Shown here: in pieces, positions 20,236 to 29,712 of the stretch
Numbering within the stretch: the stretch's first letter is position 1
Layout: the number at the start of each line of letters is the position of its first letter
Assembly (NCBI GenBank): GCA_951812315.1
Contig: CATOSA010000017.1
Location: 16,666-80,665 of the forward strand
Reading direction: 5' to 3'
Origin: an uncultured Burkholderiales bacterium
GTDB lineage: Bacteria; Pseudomonadota; Gammaproteobacteria; Burkholderiales; Eutrophovitaceae
DNA length: 64,000 bases
The notes under the pieces: generated by a model
What the model saw: the letters and a program-made list of their open reading frames with translations, nothing else
Told to the model about the DNA's origin: nothing
The model's database searches: none
Translations under genes and position numbers: made by a program

Positions 20236-21549
20236 TCAGGCGCGCCGTTTGCGTTTGCGTCCCGGAGTTCCGGCCGAGTCGCGCCGACTGCCAGGCTGTT
20301 GGCGGCCTGACCGGTCATTTGGTCTTCCTCCTGGCCGTCCGGCCGGCCGCGGGCCATTCGGTCTGCCACGCGGTTGTCGACGCGCCGCGGGTTTTTCGTT
20401 GGGATCGAGCTTGAATCCCTCAATCGGGCGCAGCGGGATCCGTGAACCGATCATGCGTTCGGTGTCACGCACCCAGCCGCGATCGTTCGTGGTAATGAAG
20501 GTACAGGCGATTCCTTCCAGTTCTGCCCGCCCCGTGCGGCCAATACGATGGGTATAAGCCTCCGGGGTGTTTGGTACATCGAAGTTGATCACGTGGCTCA
20601 CACCGCTGACATCAATGCCGCGCGCCGCAATGTCAGTTGCCACGAGGATATCGTAGCGGCGTGCGCGGAAACCGCTCATGGCCCGGTCGCGTTGCGCCTG
20701 CGACATGTTTCCCTGCAGGCTCACGGCGCGGTGCCCTGCATTGGCCAGATGAGTCGCCAGGTGCTTTGCGCGGTGCTTGGTACGCGTAAACACGATGGCC
20801 GAGTTGCATTCCTCCAGTGCGAGCACGTGCTCCAACAAATCACGCTTTTTCGGCTCCGCGACCGGGTACAACGCATGATCGATAGTCGCGGCAGGCGCAG
20901 CGTCGGCCAGCTCGACCACCTTCGGATTACTCAGCAGATCGGTGGCCAACGCCCTGATTTCCTTTGGCATGGTCGCCGAAAACAACAGGTTCTGACGCTG
21001 CCCGGGCAAGGCTGCGAGAATCTTGCGAATATCGGGCAGGAATCCCATGTCGAACATGTGATCAGCCTCGTCCAGCACCAGCGTTTCGACATCGCGCAGG
21101 CGGAGTATTCCTTGCCCGAGCAAATCCAGCACGCGTCCCGGGCAGCCGACCACAATCTGCGGCCGTTTACGTAACGCATTCATCTGGATTCGAATTGACA
21201 CGCCGCCGTAAAGTGTCGCCACTTTCAGGCGGGTGAATTTTGACAACGCATTGATCTCGGTCGCGATCTGCGTGGCAAGTTCGCGCGTGGGAGCAAGCAC
21301 CAGGGCACGAGGGTTATTGCTGCCGCCGGTGAGCAGCTGCTGAAGGATGGGCAGCGCAAAAGCCGCGGTCTTGCCAGTTCCGGTCTGCGCAAGCCCGAGT
21401 ACGTCGCGGCCATCAAGGCCGGCCGGTATGGTTTCGGACTGGATTGGCCGAGGGGTTTCAAACCCGAGTGCGCCAATCCCGCGCACAATGGATTCGTTGA
21501 ATCCGAATTGGTGAAATCCGGTTGATGTAACAGATGTTGAAGCAGACAT
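20236..21549 (-). CDS. rhlE: DEAD-box ATP-dependent RNA helicase with basic C-terminal tail
   Basis: Motifs AQTGTGKT, PTRELA, DEAD, SAT and HRIGRTGRA, plus an Arg/Gly/Pro-rich tail. The start is uncertain: Met at 21549 or 21570 within ORF 20236..21663. Confidence 0.9.
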   Translation of the reverse strand: MSASTSVTSTGFHQFGFNESIVRGIGALGFETPRPIQSETIPAGLDGRDVLGLAQTGTGKTAAFALPILQQLLTGGSNNPRALVLAPTRELATQIATEINALSKFTRLKVATLYGGVSIRIQMNALRKRPQIVVGCPGRVLDLLGQGILRLRDVETLVLDEADHMFDMGFLPDIRKILAALPGQRQNLLFSATMPKEIRALATDLLSNPKVVELADAAPAATIDHALYPVAEPKKRDLLEHVLALEECNSAIVFTRTKHRAKHLATHLANAGHRAVSLQGNMSQAQRDRAMSGFRARRYDILVATDIAARGIDVSGVSHVINFDVPNTPEAYTHRIGRTGRAELEGIACTFITTNDRGWVRDTERMIGSRIPLRPIEGFKLDPNEKPAARRQPRGRPNGPRPAGRPGGRPNDRSGRQQPGSRRDSAGTPGRKRKRRA

Positions 21550-21971
21550 ATAAAGCTTGTTCTCCGCCATACGCGCACAGGCTGGGCCTGTACGGCAGGG
21601 CCGTACGTTCCGACCCACACAACAGCGAAAGGCAAGAGGGATTGATTGGCGGCGTGACCTCAATTTGAACGCTAAAGGTCCTGTTGTTCGCCGCTATCGG
21701 GCGATGCCCGATTGCTCCAGTCGTTCAGCTCTACAGGTGCTCATGCATTCCATGGTCGCAAAGATCGTGTCCTGCGCTGGTGACGGGTGTTTTACGCCGC
21801 CACCTGCGCGCCCCGCGATATCGCGAGCCGAAACTGGAGGGCGCACTCTACACGAATGAGGCAGAAATGGAAACCATTGAATTTCCAAATAAAATCCCAA
21901 CCGATCCGGTGAAAGACCAGTTCATGGTGCTTGTCGCAACCATGCTCAAGCCTTGAAGAGGCAACTGCGAG

Positions 21972-22766
21972 CTAGGAGGCGTTGTCTCCGCCCCTACGTT
22001 CGCCGCGCAAGTAAGCAAGCCAATACACCGAAGCCACCAAAAGCGTTCCGCCAACAATATTGCCTGCCGTTACCGCAATGAGGTTCGTACCCGCCCCTGC
22101 TATCGTCACCAGGCCTTCACGGTCCAGCGCCATTCCGTAAGGAAGGAAAAACCAGTTTGCGATTGAATGCTCGAAGCCCAGAATCACGAATGCGCTAATG
22201 GGGAAAATGATCGCCAGAATTTTGCCGGCCACGTTGTGCGCACCCATCGCCAACCAGACCGCGAGACACACCAGCACGTTGCACAAAATCCCGCGAGCAA
22301 ACGCCTCCCCGACAGACAGGCCGGCCTTGCCGGAAGCGATCCCGAGCGCGGTGTCGCCAACGGACCCGCCCCCCAGACTGGCAACGTCTGCCCAAAGCGC
22401 GAGCAGCACCGTTCCGAGGCAACCAATCAAATTGCCAATATAGGAGATGAACCAGTTCCGAACGAGCGCGCGCGTTCTGATGCGCTTGCTCGCCCAGGCC
22501 ATCGCCAGGAGATTGTTCCCGGTAAACAGCTCCGCGCCGCCAAGCAAACGCGTGATACCGAATCCCAAACTCGATCCAGTCATTACCACCGTAAAAGCAA
22601 GCGCCCCGAATGAAATAAGTGCCCCCGCAAGAACCGCCAGTGTCACTAGCGTAAGCGTATCGAGCTGCGCTTTCCCGACACCCATACTCTCGACTTTTCG
22701 GGCGATCTCGCTCGGCGAGTACGCTTCGCCAAGATAGTGTTCGGTTTTCATTACGGATTGACTCAA
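21972..22766 (-). CDS. formate/nitrite transporter (FNT) family channel, possibly lacking TM2a
   Basis: 264 aa with the FNT signatures AELFTGNN and LGFEHSIAN. See the finding on a possible 14-aa in-frame deletion. Confidence 0.8.
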   Translation of the reverse strand: MSQSVMKTEHYLGEAYSPSEIARKVESMGVGKAQLDTLTLVTLAVLAGALISFGALAFTVVMTGSSLGFGITRLLGGAELFTGNNLLAMAWASKRIRTRALVRNWFISYIGNLIGCLGTVLLALWADVASLGGGSVGDTALGIASGKAGLSVGEAFARGILCNVLVCLAVWLAMGAHNVAGKILAIIFPISAFVILGFEHSIANWFFLPYGMALDREGLVTIAGAGTNLIAVTAGNIVGGTLLVASVYWLAYLRGERRGGDNAS

Positions 22767-22981
22767 TCGCTAGTGTTGTTGCGCATTTCAGGTGGCAGTT
22801 TACCGTGCTCCATAAGGATGAAGGCATTCGTTAACTGCTTGAGCGTCGCGCTACCTGCCCACCTGTTACGTAGTGGTCCCCACTGTTGCAACAGATAAGA
22901 AAAAAGCCGGCGAATAGGAGACTGTGTAAATAGTCTGGGGTTTTTGAGAAAATACCCGCACATTGTTGCGGGTATTTTTTT

Positions 22982-23860
22982 ATGCACATTCAGGGACAAA
23001 GCCGGGATCAGGCGACGCTATTTCCGGAGCGGCTCGATGATCTGATAGGCCAGGACAATGCAGTCCGGGTGATCGACGCGTTTGTTGATACGCTAGATTT
23101 GAATGCACTTGGTTTTGCCCGCATGCAGCTTCAGGCCACGGGCCGGCCACCGTACCACCCGGGTGATGTGTTAAAGCTGTATTTGTACGGCTATATGCAC
23201 CGAGTACGCAGCTCACGGTGTCTTGAGCGCGAGTGCCAGAAGAACCTCGAGGTTCTGTGGTTGCTGAACCGGCTGGCGCCAGATCACAAGACCATTGCCA
23301 ACTTCCGGGTGGACAACCGTGTGGCCCTGACGCGCGTGTGTCGGGCGTTCGTGCAGTTTTGCCGCTCGCAAGCGCTGTATGGCGGCGAGCAAATCGCGGT
23401 TGATGGCAGCAAGTTCAGGGCGGACAACAGCCGCAGCCGAGTCACACACAAGAAAGATCTGCAACAGCGAGTCAGCGGCCTGGATCGCAGGATCGGAGCG
23501 TGGCTCGATGCGCTCGAAGACAATGAGGACAATGATGACCAAGGGCCCAACGGCGGCGACACCCAAGGCGCTCTTGGCGCACTCAGGGCCGAGCGCGAGA
23601 CCTTAACCGAACGCATCCGGGCGATGGACGATGCGCAAGTCTCGGCGCAGCCCGATACGGACGAGCAGGCGCGGGTGATGCCCCGCGGACATATTGGCTA
23701 CAACGTACAAAGCACGGTCGATGGCAAGCACCGCCTGATCGTGGATGTGGACGTGGTACAAAATGCCAATGATTTGCAGCAGTTGTATCGCATGGCGCGA
23801 CGCAGCCAACGCCAACTGCAGCGCGATCGGGTGCAGGTACTGGCCGATGCAGGCTTGTAT
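22982..23860 (+). pseudogene. IS1182-family transposase, N-terminal portion
   Basis: Reads through to ...RVQVLADAGLY and is then interrupted. The track ORF 22982..23878 ends inside the inserted element. Confidence 0.8.
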
Positions 23861-24141
23861 GGTACGTCCTGCACCTGAGGGTGCCGGGGTGGAGGGACGA
23901 TGCAGGCTATCTGCCGTAACCGGACAGACCGAACTAGCCATGTCCCCACTCTGTCTTTCTGAGCGTCGATTTGGGAAGCAGCGGCAAGTGTTTACGCACC
24001 TGACCGCCGATAGAAACAAGCTAACGCGGCAAAGACAGCCCCCCTCGGCACGTTTAAGTGTACGGCGATACGGGCGGCTTGAGCACGGCGTTGTCCATGT
24101 ATGCAGCCGTTGTTGCCATTGGCCGTGGAAGTGGAGCTTAC
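23861..24141 (+). ncRNA. candidate IS110 bridge (guide) RNA region in the left non-coding end
   Basis: Inferred from published IS110/IS621 biology. It is supported only by an 11-nt identity between 23898-23908 and the target flank 23845-23855, plus weaker resemblance of 23922-23946 to the RE|LE junction. No structure was computed. Confidence 0.35.
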
Positions 24142-25089
24142 ATGTCTGATTCACACAAGAGCATCGAAGTCATCGGCGCGGACATTAGCCAGTGCGAAAT
24201 CGTTATTGCCTGGGCGCGCTCGCAGCGACCTTGCCAGCGTATTGCCAATAAGCGCGAGGCCATTGTGGTCTGGCTCAAACAACTTCCCGCAGGCTGTGTT
24301 ATCGGCATGGAGGCCACGGGCCGGTTACATCAGCAGCTGGCTGATCTGGCTGCAGGACATGGACACGTCGTGTACGTCCTTAACCCCAAGCATGTAGCGT
24401 CTTACGCCAGGGGCGTGGGCCAGCGCGGCAAGACCGATCCAATGGACGCGGGCGTGATTGCCCGTTATGTCGTACCCAGCGCCTTGCAGCGCACGCTGCG
24501 TGATTTGATCAGCCAACGCGCGAGCGTCGTGCGTCATACTACGGCGCTGCGCCAGAGCATCCGGGCTACGGGCACGCGGTCCAACCGCGCCTTAAAGCGC
24601 GCGCATCAAGGCGCCTTGAAGAGCCTGAACACGCTGCTCGCCGAGCTCAACAACGAGCTCAAACGCGTCATTGCACACAACGATGAACTGGAGAACAAAC
24701 GCAAGCAACTGCAGCGCATTCGCGGCATTGGCTTTATCAACAGCGCGGCGTTGACCCATCGCTTCGATCACACGCCCTTTGCCAATAGCGATGCGGTGGT
24801 GGCCGCCTACGGATTGGACCCGCGCCCGAAGGATTCTGGTACTCATCAGGGCAAGCGGCGCCTGACCAAACAGGGCAATGCGGAGGATCGGCGGCTGATC
24901 TACCTGGCTGGGCAAGCAGCGGCAAAGACAAAATTGTTCAAACCAATTTATCGCGCACTACTAGCCAGGGGCTTGGCAACCACCGAGGCCATTGTGATCC
25001 TGGCCAGAAAGCTACTGCGCATCGCCTTTGCCATCTGGACTTCAGGACAACCGTTCAAGCCTGATATGGTCGGAAAAAAACCTTGCTAA
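24142..25089 (+). CDS. IS110-family DEDD transposase/recombinase
   Basis: Start at MSDSHKSIEVIGADIS. Family motifs GMEATG, KTDPMDAGVIARY, GIGFINSAAL and SGTHQGKRRLTKQGN. Confidence 0.9.
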   Translation: MSDSHKSIEVIGADISQCEIVIAWARSQRPCQRIANKREAIVVWLKQLPAGCVIGMEATGRLHQQLADLAAGHGHVVYVLNPKHVASYARGVGQRGKTDPMDAGVIARYVVPSALQRTLRDLISQRASVVRHTTALRQSIRATGTRSNRALKRAHQGALKSLNTLLAELNNELKRVIAHNDELENKRKQLQRIRGIGFINSAALTHRFDHTPFANSDAVVAAYGLDPRPKDSGTHQGKRRLTKQGNAEDRRLIYLAGQAAAKTKLFKPIYRALLARGLATTEAIVILARKLLRIAFAIWTSGQPFKPDMVGKKPC

Positions 25090-25105
25090 AAACCATAGGA
25101 ACTAT

Positions 25106-25575
25106 TCCAATGGTCAGCTGCTAAAGCGCTGCCAGGCCCCCTATGTGCCGGTACAGCGCGCCACGAACAACCAAGGCGATGGCTGCTACTTCGACAAATC
25201 GGAGTTTACCTACTGCGGCGAGGGCGATTACTACGAGTGCCCGGCCGGTGAGCACTTGCCAAAGAAGACCCAGTCGAACAAGCAGCGCCACTGGCTGTAC
25301 ACCAGTGAGGCTGGGTGACGCGCCACTTCGAGGAAGACGTGCTTAACGAGGTCGCCGATCGCACCGCGGCCAATCCACTCATGATGCAACGGCGCAACGG
25401 CATGGTGGAACACCCATTTGGCACGCTCAAGCGGCGTATGGACGGCGGGCGTTTCCTGGTAAGAGGCATACAGAAGGTCAAAGCCGAGATGGCATTGGCC
25501 GTGACCGCTTATAACCTGACCCGTGCTATTAACATCCCGGGAACGAAGCAACTCTGCAAGGCACTGGCTATCTAA
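25106..25575 (+). pseudogene. IS1182-family transposase, C-terminal portion (additional frameshift near 25315)
   Basis: SNGQLLKRCQAPYVPV...YECPAGEHL...LYTSEAG* is followed in another frame by VTRHFEEDVLNEV...MVEHPFGTLKRRM...FLVRGIQKVKAEMALAVTAYNLTRAI. Confidence 0.75.
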
Positions 25576-25654
25576 TCACAAATGAAAAAGAGGCCACCTC
25601 GAACAAGATGGCCTCCGGGTTTTTACACAGCCTCTAAAAGCCGGCTTTTTTGTT

Positions 25655-25730
25655 TGGCGACCCCAAGGGGAATCGAACCCCTGTTACCGCCGTGAAAGGG
25701 CGGGGTCCTAGGCCTCTAGACGATGGGGTC
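25655..25730 (-). tRNA. tRNA-Glu (anticodon UUC)
   Basis: The reverse complement GACCCCATCGTCTAGAGGCCTAGGACCCCGCCCTTTCACGGCGGTAACAGGGGTTCGATTCCCCTTGGGGTCGCCA folds as a cloverleaf. The 7-bp acceptor stem pairs perfectly, the anticodon loop is CUUUCAC, and CCA is encoded. Confidence 0.92.
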
Positions 25731-25744
25731 TCGTCTCGTACTCT

Positions 25745-25820
<76 letters not shown>

Positions 25821-25876
25821 CGGAAAGCAAAGAGGGGCGAATTATACGGACGCACTTATTGCCTGTAAAGAAACAC

Positions 25877-27277
25877 TTAACCCGGAAAATTCTGCAATTC
25901 GCGGTCCATTCGGGCAAGCACTTCGTCGCGACCGATCAGCTCCAGTGTGGCGTCGATCGGCGGGGTCTGAGGCTCTCCGGTGACCATGACTCGCAAAGGC
26001 ATCGCAACTTTGGGCATCTTGAGCTTGAACTCGGTGACAGCCTCTTTCACTGCCTGGCCGATCGCCTCTCGCTGCCAATCCAGATCCGCAAAACGCCGGC
26101 GCAATGCTTCCAGCGCCGGGCGAGACTCGGCAGCGTAGAACTTGTTTTTCAGCTCAGCGACAGGATGCAGTGCGCGGTAGAACAGCACCGCCGCATCGGC
26201 GAGTTCGACGATGGACGTTGCCCGCTCCTTGATTAACGCAACAACACGCTCAAGCGCTGGACCCTGATCCGGGTCGCATTCGCGCAACCGCAATACCGGC
26301 CCCACCAGTGCGGCAAGGCGCGCATCGTCCGCCGATTTCAGGTATTGCTGGTTGATCCAGTCGAGCTTGGCCGGATCAAATTTCGCCGGCGAGCGACTGA
26401 CGTCAGCAAGATCGAACCATTCTACAAACTGCGCAACGGAGAAGACTTCATCGTCGCCATGCCCCCAACCGAGGCGCGCGAGGTAATTGAGCAAGGCCTC
26501 GGGGAGATAGCCTTCGTCGTGGTATTGCATGACGCTTACCGCGCCATGACGCTTCGATAACCGTTCGCCGTCATGGCCGAGAATCATGGGCACGTGACCA
26601 AATGCCGGAAGCTCAAAGCCAAGCGCATTAAAAATATTGATCTGGCGGGGTGTGTTGTTGACATGATCGTCACCACGAGTGACGTGGGAGATTTTCATAT
26701 CCCAGTCGTCGACGACGACACCAAAGTTGTATGTCGGTACACCGTCGGTGCGCAACAGCACCAGATCGTCTAGCTCTTGATTGCTGACCGTTATGGGCCC
26801 CTTGACCAGATCATCCCAGCTGACTTCGCCGCCATCGGGATTGCGAAAGCGCAGTACCGGCTTGACGTTTGCCGGGGGCGTTTTGCCCTTTGCATTCTCC
26901 GGGCGCCAGCGGCCGTCGTAGCGTGGCTTGAGTCCTTGCGCGCGCTGAGACTCGCGCATCTCGGTCAATTCGTCGGGGGATGCATAACACCAGTAGGCGT
27001 TTCCGCCATCGAGCAGCTTCTGCGCTACGTCGCGGTAGTCCTGCATGCGATTCATCTGGTAGTGCGGCCCTTCGTCATGGTCCAGGCCCAGCCAGGTCAT
27101 TGCGTCGAGAATCGCCTGCGTCGATTCAACGGTGGATCGCTCAAGATCGGTATCTTCAATACGCAGAACGAACTGCCCACCATGGCGGCGCGCATACGCC
27201 CAGGAAAACAGTGCGGTACGGGCACCGCCAATATGCAGGTATCCGGTAGGACTGGGTGCGAAACGGGTGCGTATCAT
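25877..27277 (-). CDS. gltX: glutamate--tRNA ligase
   Basis: Start at MIRTRFAPSPTGYLHIGGART (HIGH motif). KLSKR-type motif LSKRHG. Confidence 0.95.
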   Translation of the reverse strand: MIRTRFAPSPTGYLHIGGARTALFSWAYARRHGGQFVLRIEDTDLERSTVESTQAILDAMTWLGLDHDEGPHYQMNRMQDYRDVAQKLLDGGNAYWCYASPDELTEMRESQRAQGLKPRYDGRWRPENAKGKTPPANVKPVLRFRNPDGGEVSWDDLVKGPITVSNQELDDLVLLRTDGVPTYNFGVVVDDWDMKISHVTRGDDHVNNTPRQINIFNALGFELPAFGHVPMILGHDGERLSKRHGAVSVMQYHDEGYLPEALLNYLARLGWGHGDDEVFSVAQFVEWFDLADVSRSPAKFDPAKLDWINQQYLKSADDARLAALVGPVLRLRECDPDQGPALERVVALIKERATSIVELADAAVLFYRALHPVAELKNKFYAAESRPALEALRRRFADLDWQREAIGQAVKEAVTEFKLKMPKVAMPLRVMVTGEPQTPPIDATLELIGRDEVLARMDRELQNFPG

Positions 27278-27543
27278 GAAACTTGTCTTAAGTTGCGTCG
27301 GGCCAGAAAAGTGCGCCATTTTACTTGATGCTCTGGCATCTGAGCGTGTCGCCAGGCGTCCGCCGCATCAGCGGTCAAAATAGCGCCAGCGGCGGAGCGC
27401 CGGCCACCATCAGATTTCGTTCAGCAGGTTTCGGTCACGAATGCGGCATTTACCAAACCAGAGTTCGAACGCAGGCGCGCTAGCGAGCGTGTAGAAAAAG
27501 TAGCGGCCGTGCGAGCGCCTGTGCGGGATGCAAAATCGCGTAC

Positions 27544-29712
27544 TCAGCACGCACGCTCGGCGGCCAGAGCCTCGGCGAGTTCAAGAAGCGACTGGTGCTG
27601 TGACCACTGTTCGAGCGGCAGGTCCAGGCGCCGGCGCCAGTTTGGCTGCTCGCGTACCGTGCCCGGTACATTGGCCTGCTCGACAATGCCGAGCACATCC
27701 TCCATTTGCACCATCATCAATGCGCAGTTACTGCGCGCCGCAAAGCGATGTAAAGCGGTCATGAACGCGCTCGAGGGGCGACCCGTTTGCGCGTCTTCAA
27801 TTGTATCGGGGAGCAGGTTTTCGCTGGCCAATGCCTTTTGCAAGCGTTCGCGGTCATAGTCACGTTCGGCAAACTGCCGGTCGCGTGACTCGCGATCCGG
27901 GAACTGGTCAAGCGCCTCGCGCAGTTCCAGGTCGCGCCCGCACCAGTACCCGGCGAACGTCGGCAGATCGTGAGTCGTCACCGTCATCAATGCCTGATCA
28001 GGTAATTCGTTTGGGGCGAGAAATGAGTGGTCACCGTGCCAATGTTTCTCGAAATACAGCACGCGGTAAGACAGCAGACCGAAGTCATAAAGTGCGGCGC
28101 GCAACTCGTCCGGGACCGTGCCGAGATCCTCGCCGACGACCACGCAATTCGCCCGCACGCTTTCCAGGGCGAGGATCGCCAGAAAATCGTACAGCGGATA
28201 ACGGACAAACGCGCCATCGGCCGCTGTCGCGCCGCTGGGCACCCAGAACATACGCATCAGGCCGATCACGTGATCGATGCGCAACGCGCCACTGGCGTGC
28301 ATGTTTGCGCGCAGTGCCGCGACATAATCGATGTACGCGGTTTTTTCCAGGTAACGCGGCGACCACGGCGGCAGCCCCCAGACCTGTCCCTGAAGATTGA
28401 AGTCATCCGGCGGCGCACCGATGCTGACGTCGCGCGCATAAGCCCGGGGTGTACGCCATACGTCGGCACCGAAAGCATCGCTGGCAACCGCGAGATCACG
28501 GTACATCCCGATGCGCATGCCGCTGGCGCGCGCGCACTTGCACACGTATTCAATCTGTTCGGCGAGCATCCATTGCAGGTATTCGTGAAACTCGACGTCG
28601 ATGATGTGCGCGTGTTCGAACTCCGCCACGGCTGGAGAATCAGGGTCCAGATACTCATCCGCCCAGACCTGACCTGCCGCGTCGGCATGAATGACTTCAA
28701 AAATGGCGTGCAAGCGCAACGCCCGCCCGCCAGCGGACTGAAACTGCCGGAATGCCGCCGCCCGCTCGTTTGTGGTCGACATGGCATGCGCACGGAAATG
28801 TTGGTAGAGCGCTTTGAGCACCGGCCACTTGAGCGCAGCGACACCCGCATAATCAATCAGATCAGTAGACCGCAGCCGGTCGAGCTCGGCCTGGAAGGCA
28901 GTGGCGCTGACTCTGGCGCGCGCCGCGTCGCACGCTTCGAAATCAGGAATGGCTTCGATATCAAGATAAAGGGGATTTGCAAAACCGCGGCTGGACGGAC
29001 TGTAGGGACTCGCGCGGTCCGGCGCGTCGGGATACAGTGCGTGCAGCGGATTGACTCCGATAAGATCAGCGCCCAGGCTGCCAAATATTGTTGCTGCCCG
29101 GGCGAGATCGCCAAGATCGCCGATACCCCAGTTGCGTGCCGAGCGCACGCCGTACAGCTGCAACGCTACACCCCAGGGACGTCCGCGCGCACCCCCGGAA
29201 GGAGGCTGCACGCAACGCGCCGGCGTCACGATAAGCGCCGCACGATGCGCACGCTGATTCATGTTGACAGTCACCTCGTGGTAACCGGTGCCAGGCGTGC
29301 ATGGAAGAGTGAATCGCCGGCGACGAAGGCGCTGACCTTCCAGTTGGGTCTCGTCGAGTACCTCATGATCGCCCGCCAGCGTGGTGCCAGATTGCTCGCT
29401 ACCGTTCTCGTCACGCAACCGCCAGTGTATGGCCGCGCCCTCCTCCGCTTCCCCAAGTGTTAGCGGCAGCCAGGCAGTTTCATCTTCCCGGCGCACGCAA
29501 ACCGGCGGTAGACGCTGCGTCCATTGCTCGACGAACAGCACGCGCAACGCCGTTTCAATAGAGTGATCATCAGTGACGACCATGCCCATCGCACCGAGCA
29601 GGCGGCGCGCGGTGTCTTCACCCAGCGCATGCCAGGTGCCCCAGATATCGTGGTAGCCGGATTCGATACCACAGGCTGCAGCCAGTCGCGCAAGCGGTGA
29701 ATCAGGATTCAT
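27544..29712 (-). CDS. malQ: 4-alpha-glucanotransferase (amylomaltase)
   Basis: 722 aa, GH77-like (WGIGDLGDL, GVNPLHA, RIDHVIGL, TTHDLPT). Overlaps the glgX stop by 4 nt. Confidence 0.9.
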   Translation of the reverse strand: MNPDSPLARLAAACGIESGYHDIWGTWHALGEDTARRLLGAMGMVVTDDHSIETALRVLFVEQWTQRLPPVCVRREDETAWLPLTLGEAEEGAAIHWRLRDENGSEQSGTTLAGDHEVLDETQLEGQRLRRRRFTLPCTPGTGYHEVTVNMNQRAHRAALIVTPARCVQPPSGGARGRPWGVALQLYGVRSARNWGIGDLGDLARAATIFGSLGADLIGVNPLHALYPDAPDRASPYSPSSRGFANPLYLDIEAIPDFEACDAARARVSATAFQAELDRLRSTDLIDYAGVAALKWPVLKALYQHFRAHAMSTTNERAAAFRQFQSAGGRALRLHAIFEVIHADAAGQVWADEYLDPDSPAVAEFEHAHIIDVEFHEYLQWMLAEQIEYVCKCARASGMRIGMYRDLAVASDAFGADVWRTPRAYARDVSIGAPPDDFNLQGQVWGLPPWSPRYLEKTAYIDYVAALRANMHASGALRIDHVIGLMRMFWVPSGATAADGAFVRYPLYDFLAILALESVRANCVVVGEDLGTVPDELRAALYDFGLLSYRVLYFEKHWHGDHSFLAPNELPDQALMTVTTHDLPTFAGYWCGRDLELREALDQFPDRESRDRQFAERDYDRERLQKALASENLLPDTIEDAQTGRPSSAFMTALHRFAARSNCALMMVQMEDVLGIVEQANVPGTVREQPNWRRRLDLPLEQWSQHQSLLELAEALAAERAC

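Larger units (their letters stand above)
23861..25105 (+). mobile_element. IS110-family insertion sequence nested in the IS1182 transposase gene
   Basis: Removing about 1245 bp restores the reading frame ...ADAGLY|SNGQLLKRCQAPYVPVQ. TAT is present at both junctions, so the boundaries are good to about 3 nt. No terminal IRs. The 5' non-coding end is long (281 nt) and the 3' end short (about 16 nt), as in the IS110 subgroup. Confidence 0.8.
22918..25635 (+). mobile_element. IS1182-family insertion sequence, inactivated by a nested IS110 insertion and a frameshift
   Basis: Terminal inverted repeats GAGACTGTGTAAA (22918-22930) and TTTTTACACAGCCTC (25621-25635). Sub-terminal hairpins at 22949-22978 and 25591-25616. 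The split transposase has the IS1182-type N-terminus MHIQGQSRDQATLFPERLDDLI. Confidence 0.8.

Noticed and set aside
28027-29463. Long ORFs antisense to or overlapping real genes. Examples: 28027..29463 (478 aa) opposite malQ, 9018..10133 opposite the Mo-hydroxylase, 38041..39306 opposite glgC, 53163..54197 opposite the dehydratase, 34952..35962 opposite glgB and 32652..33386 opposite glgP.
   Set aside because: These are typical high-GC shadow ORFs. Their products are Arg/Pro/Ala-rich and low in complexity with no recognisable motifs. The opposite strand encodes full-length, motif-rich proteins.
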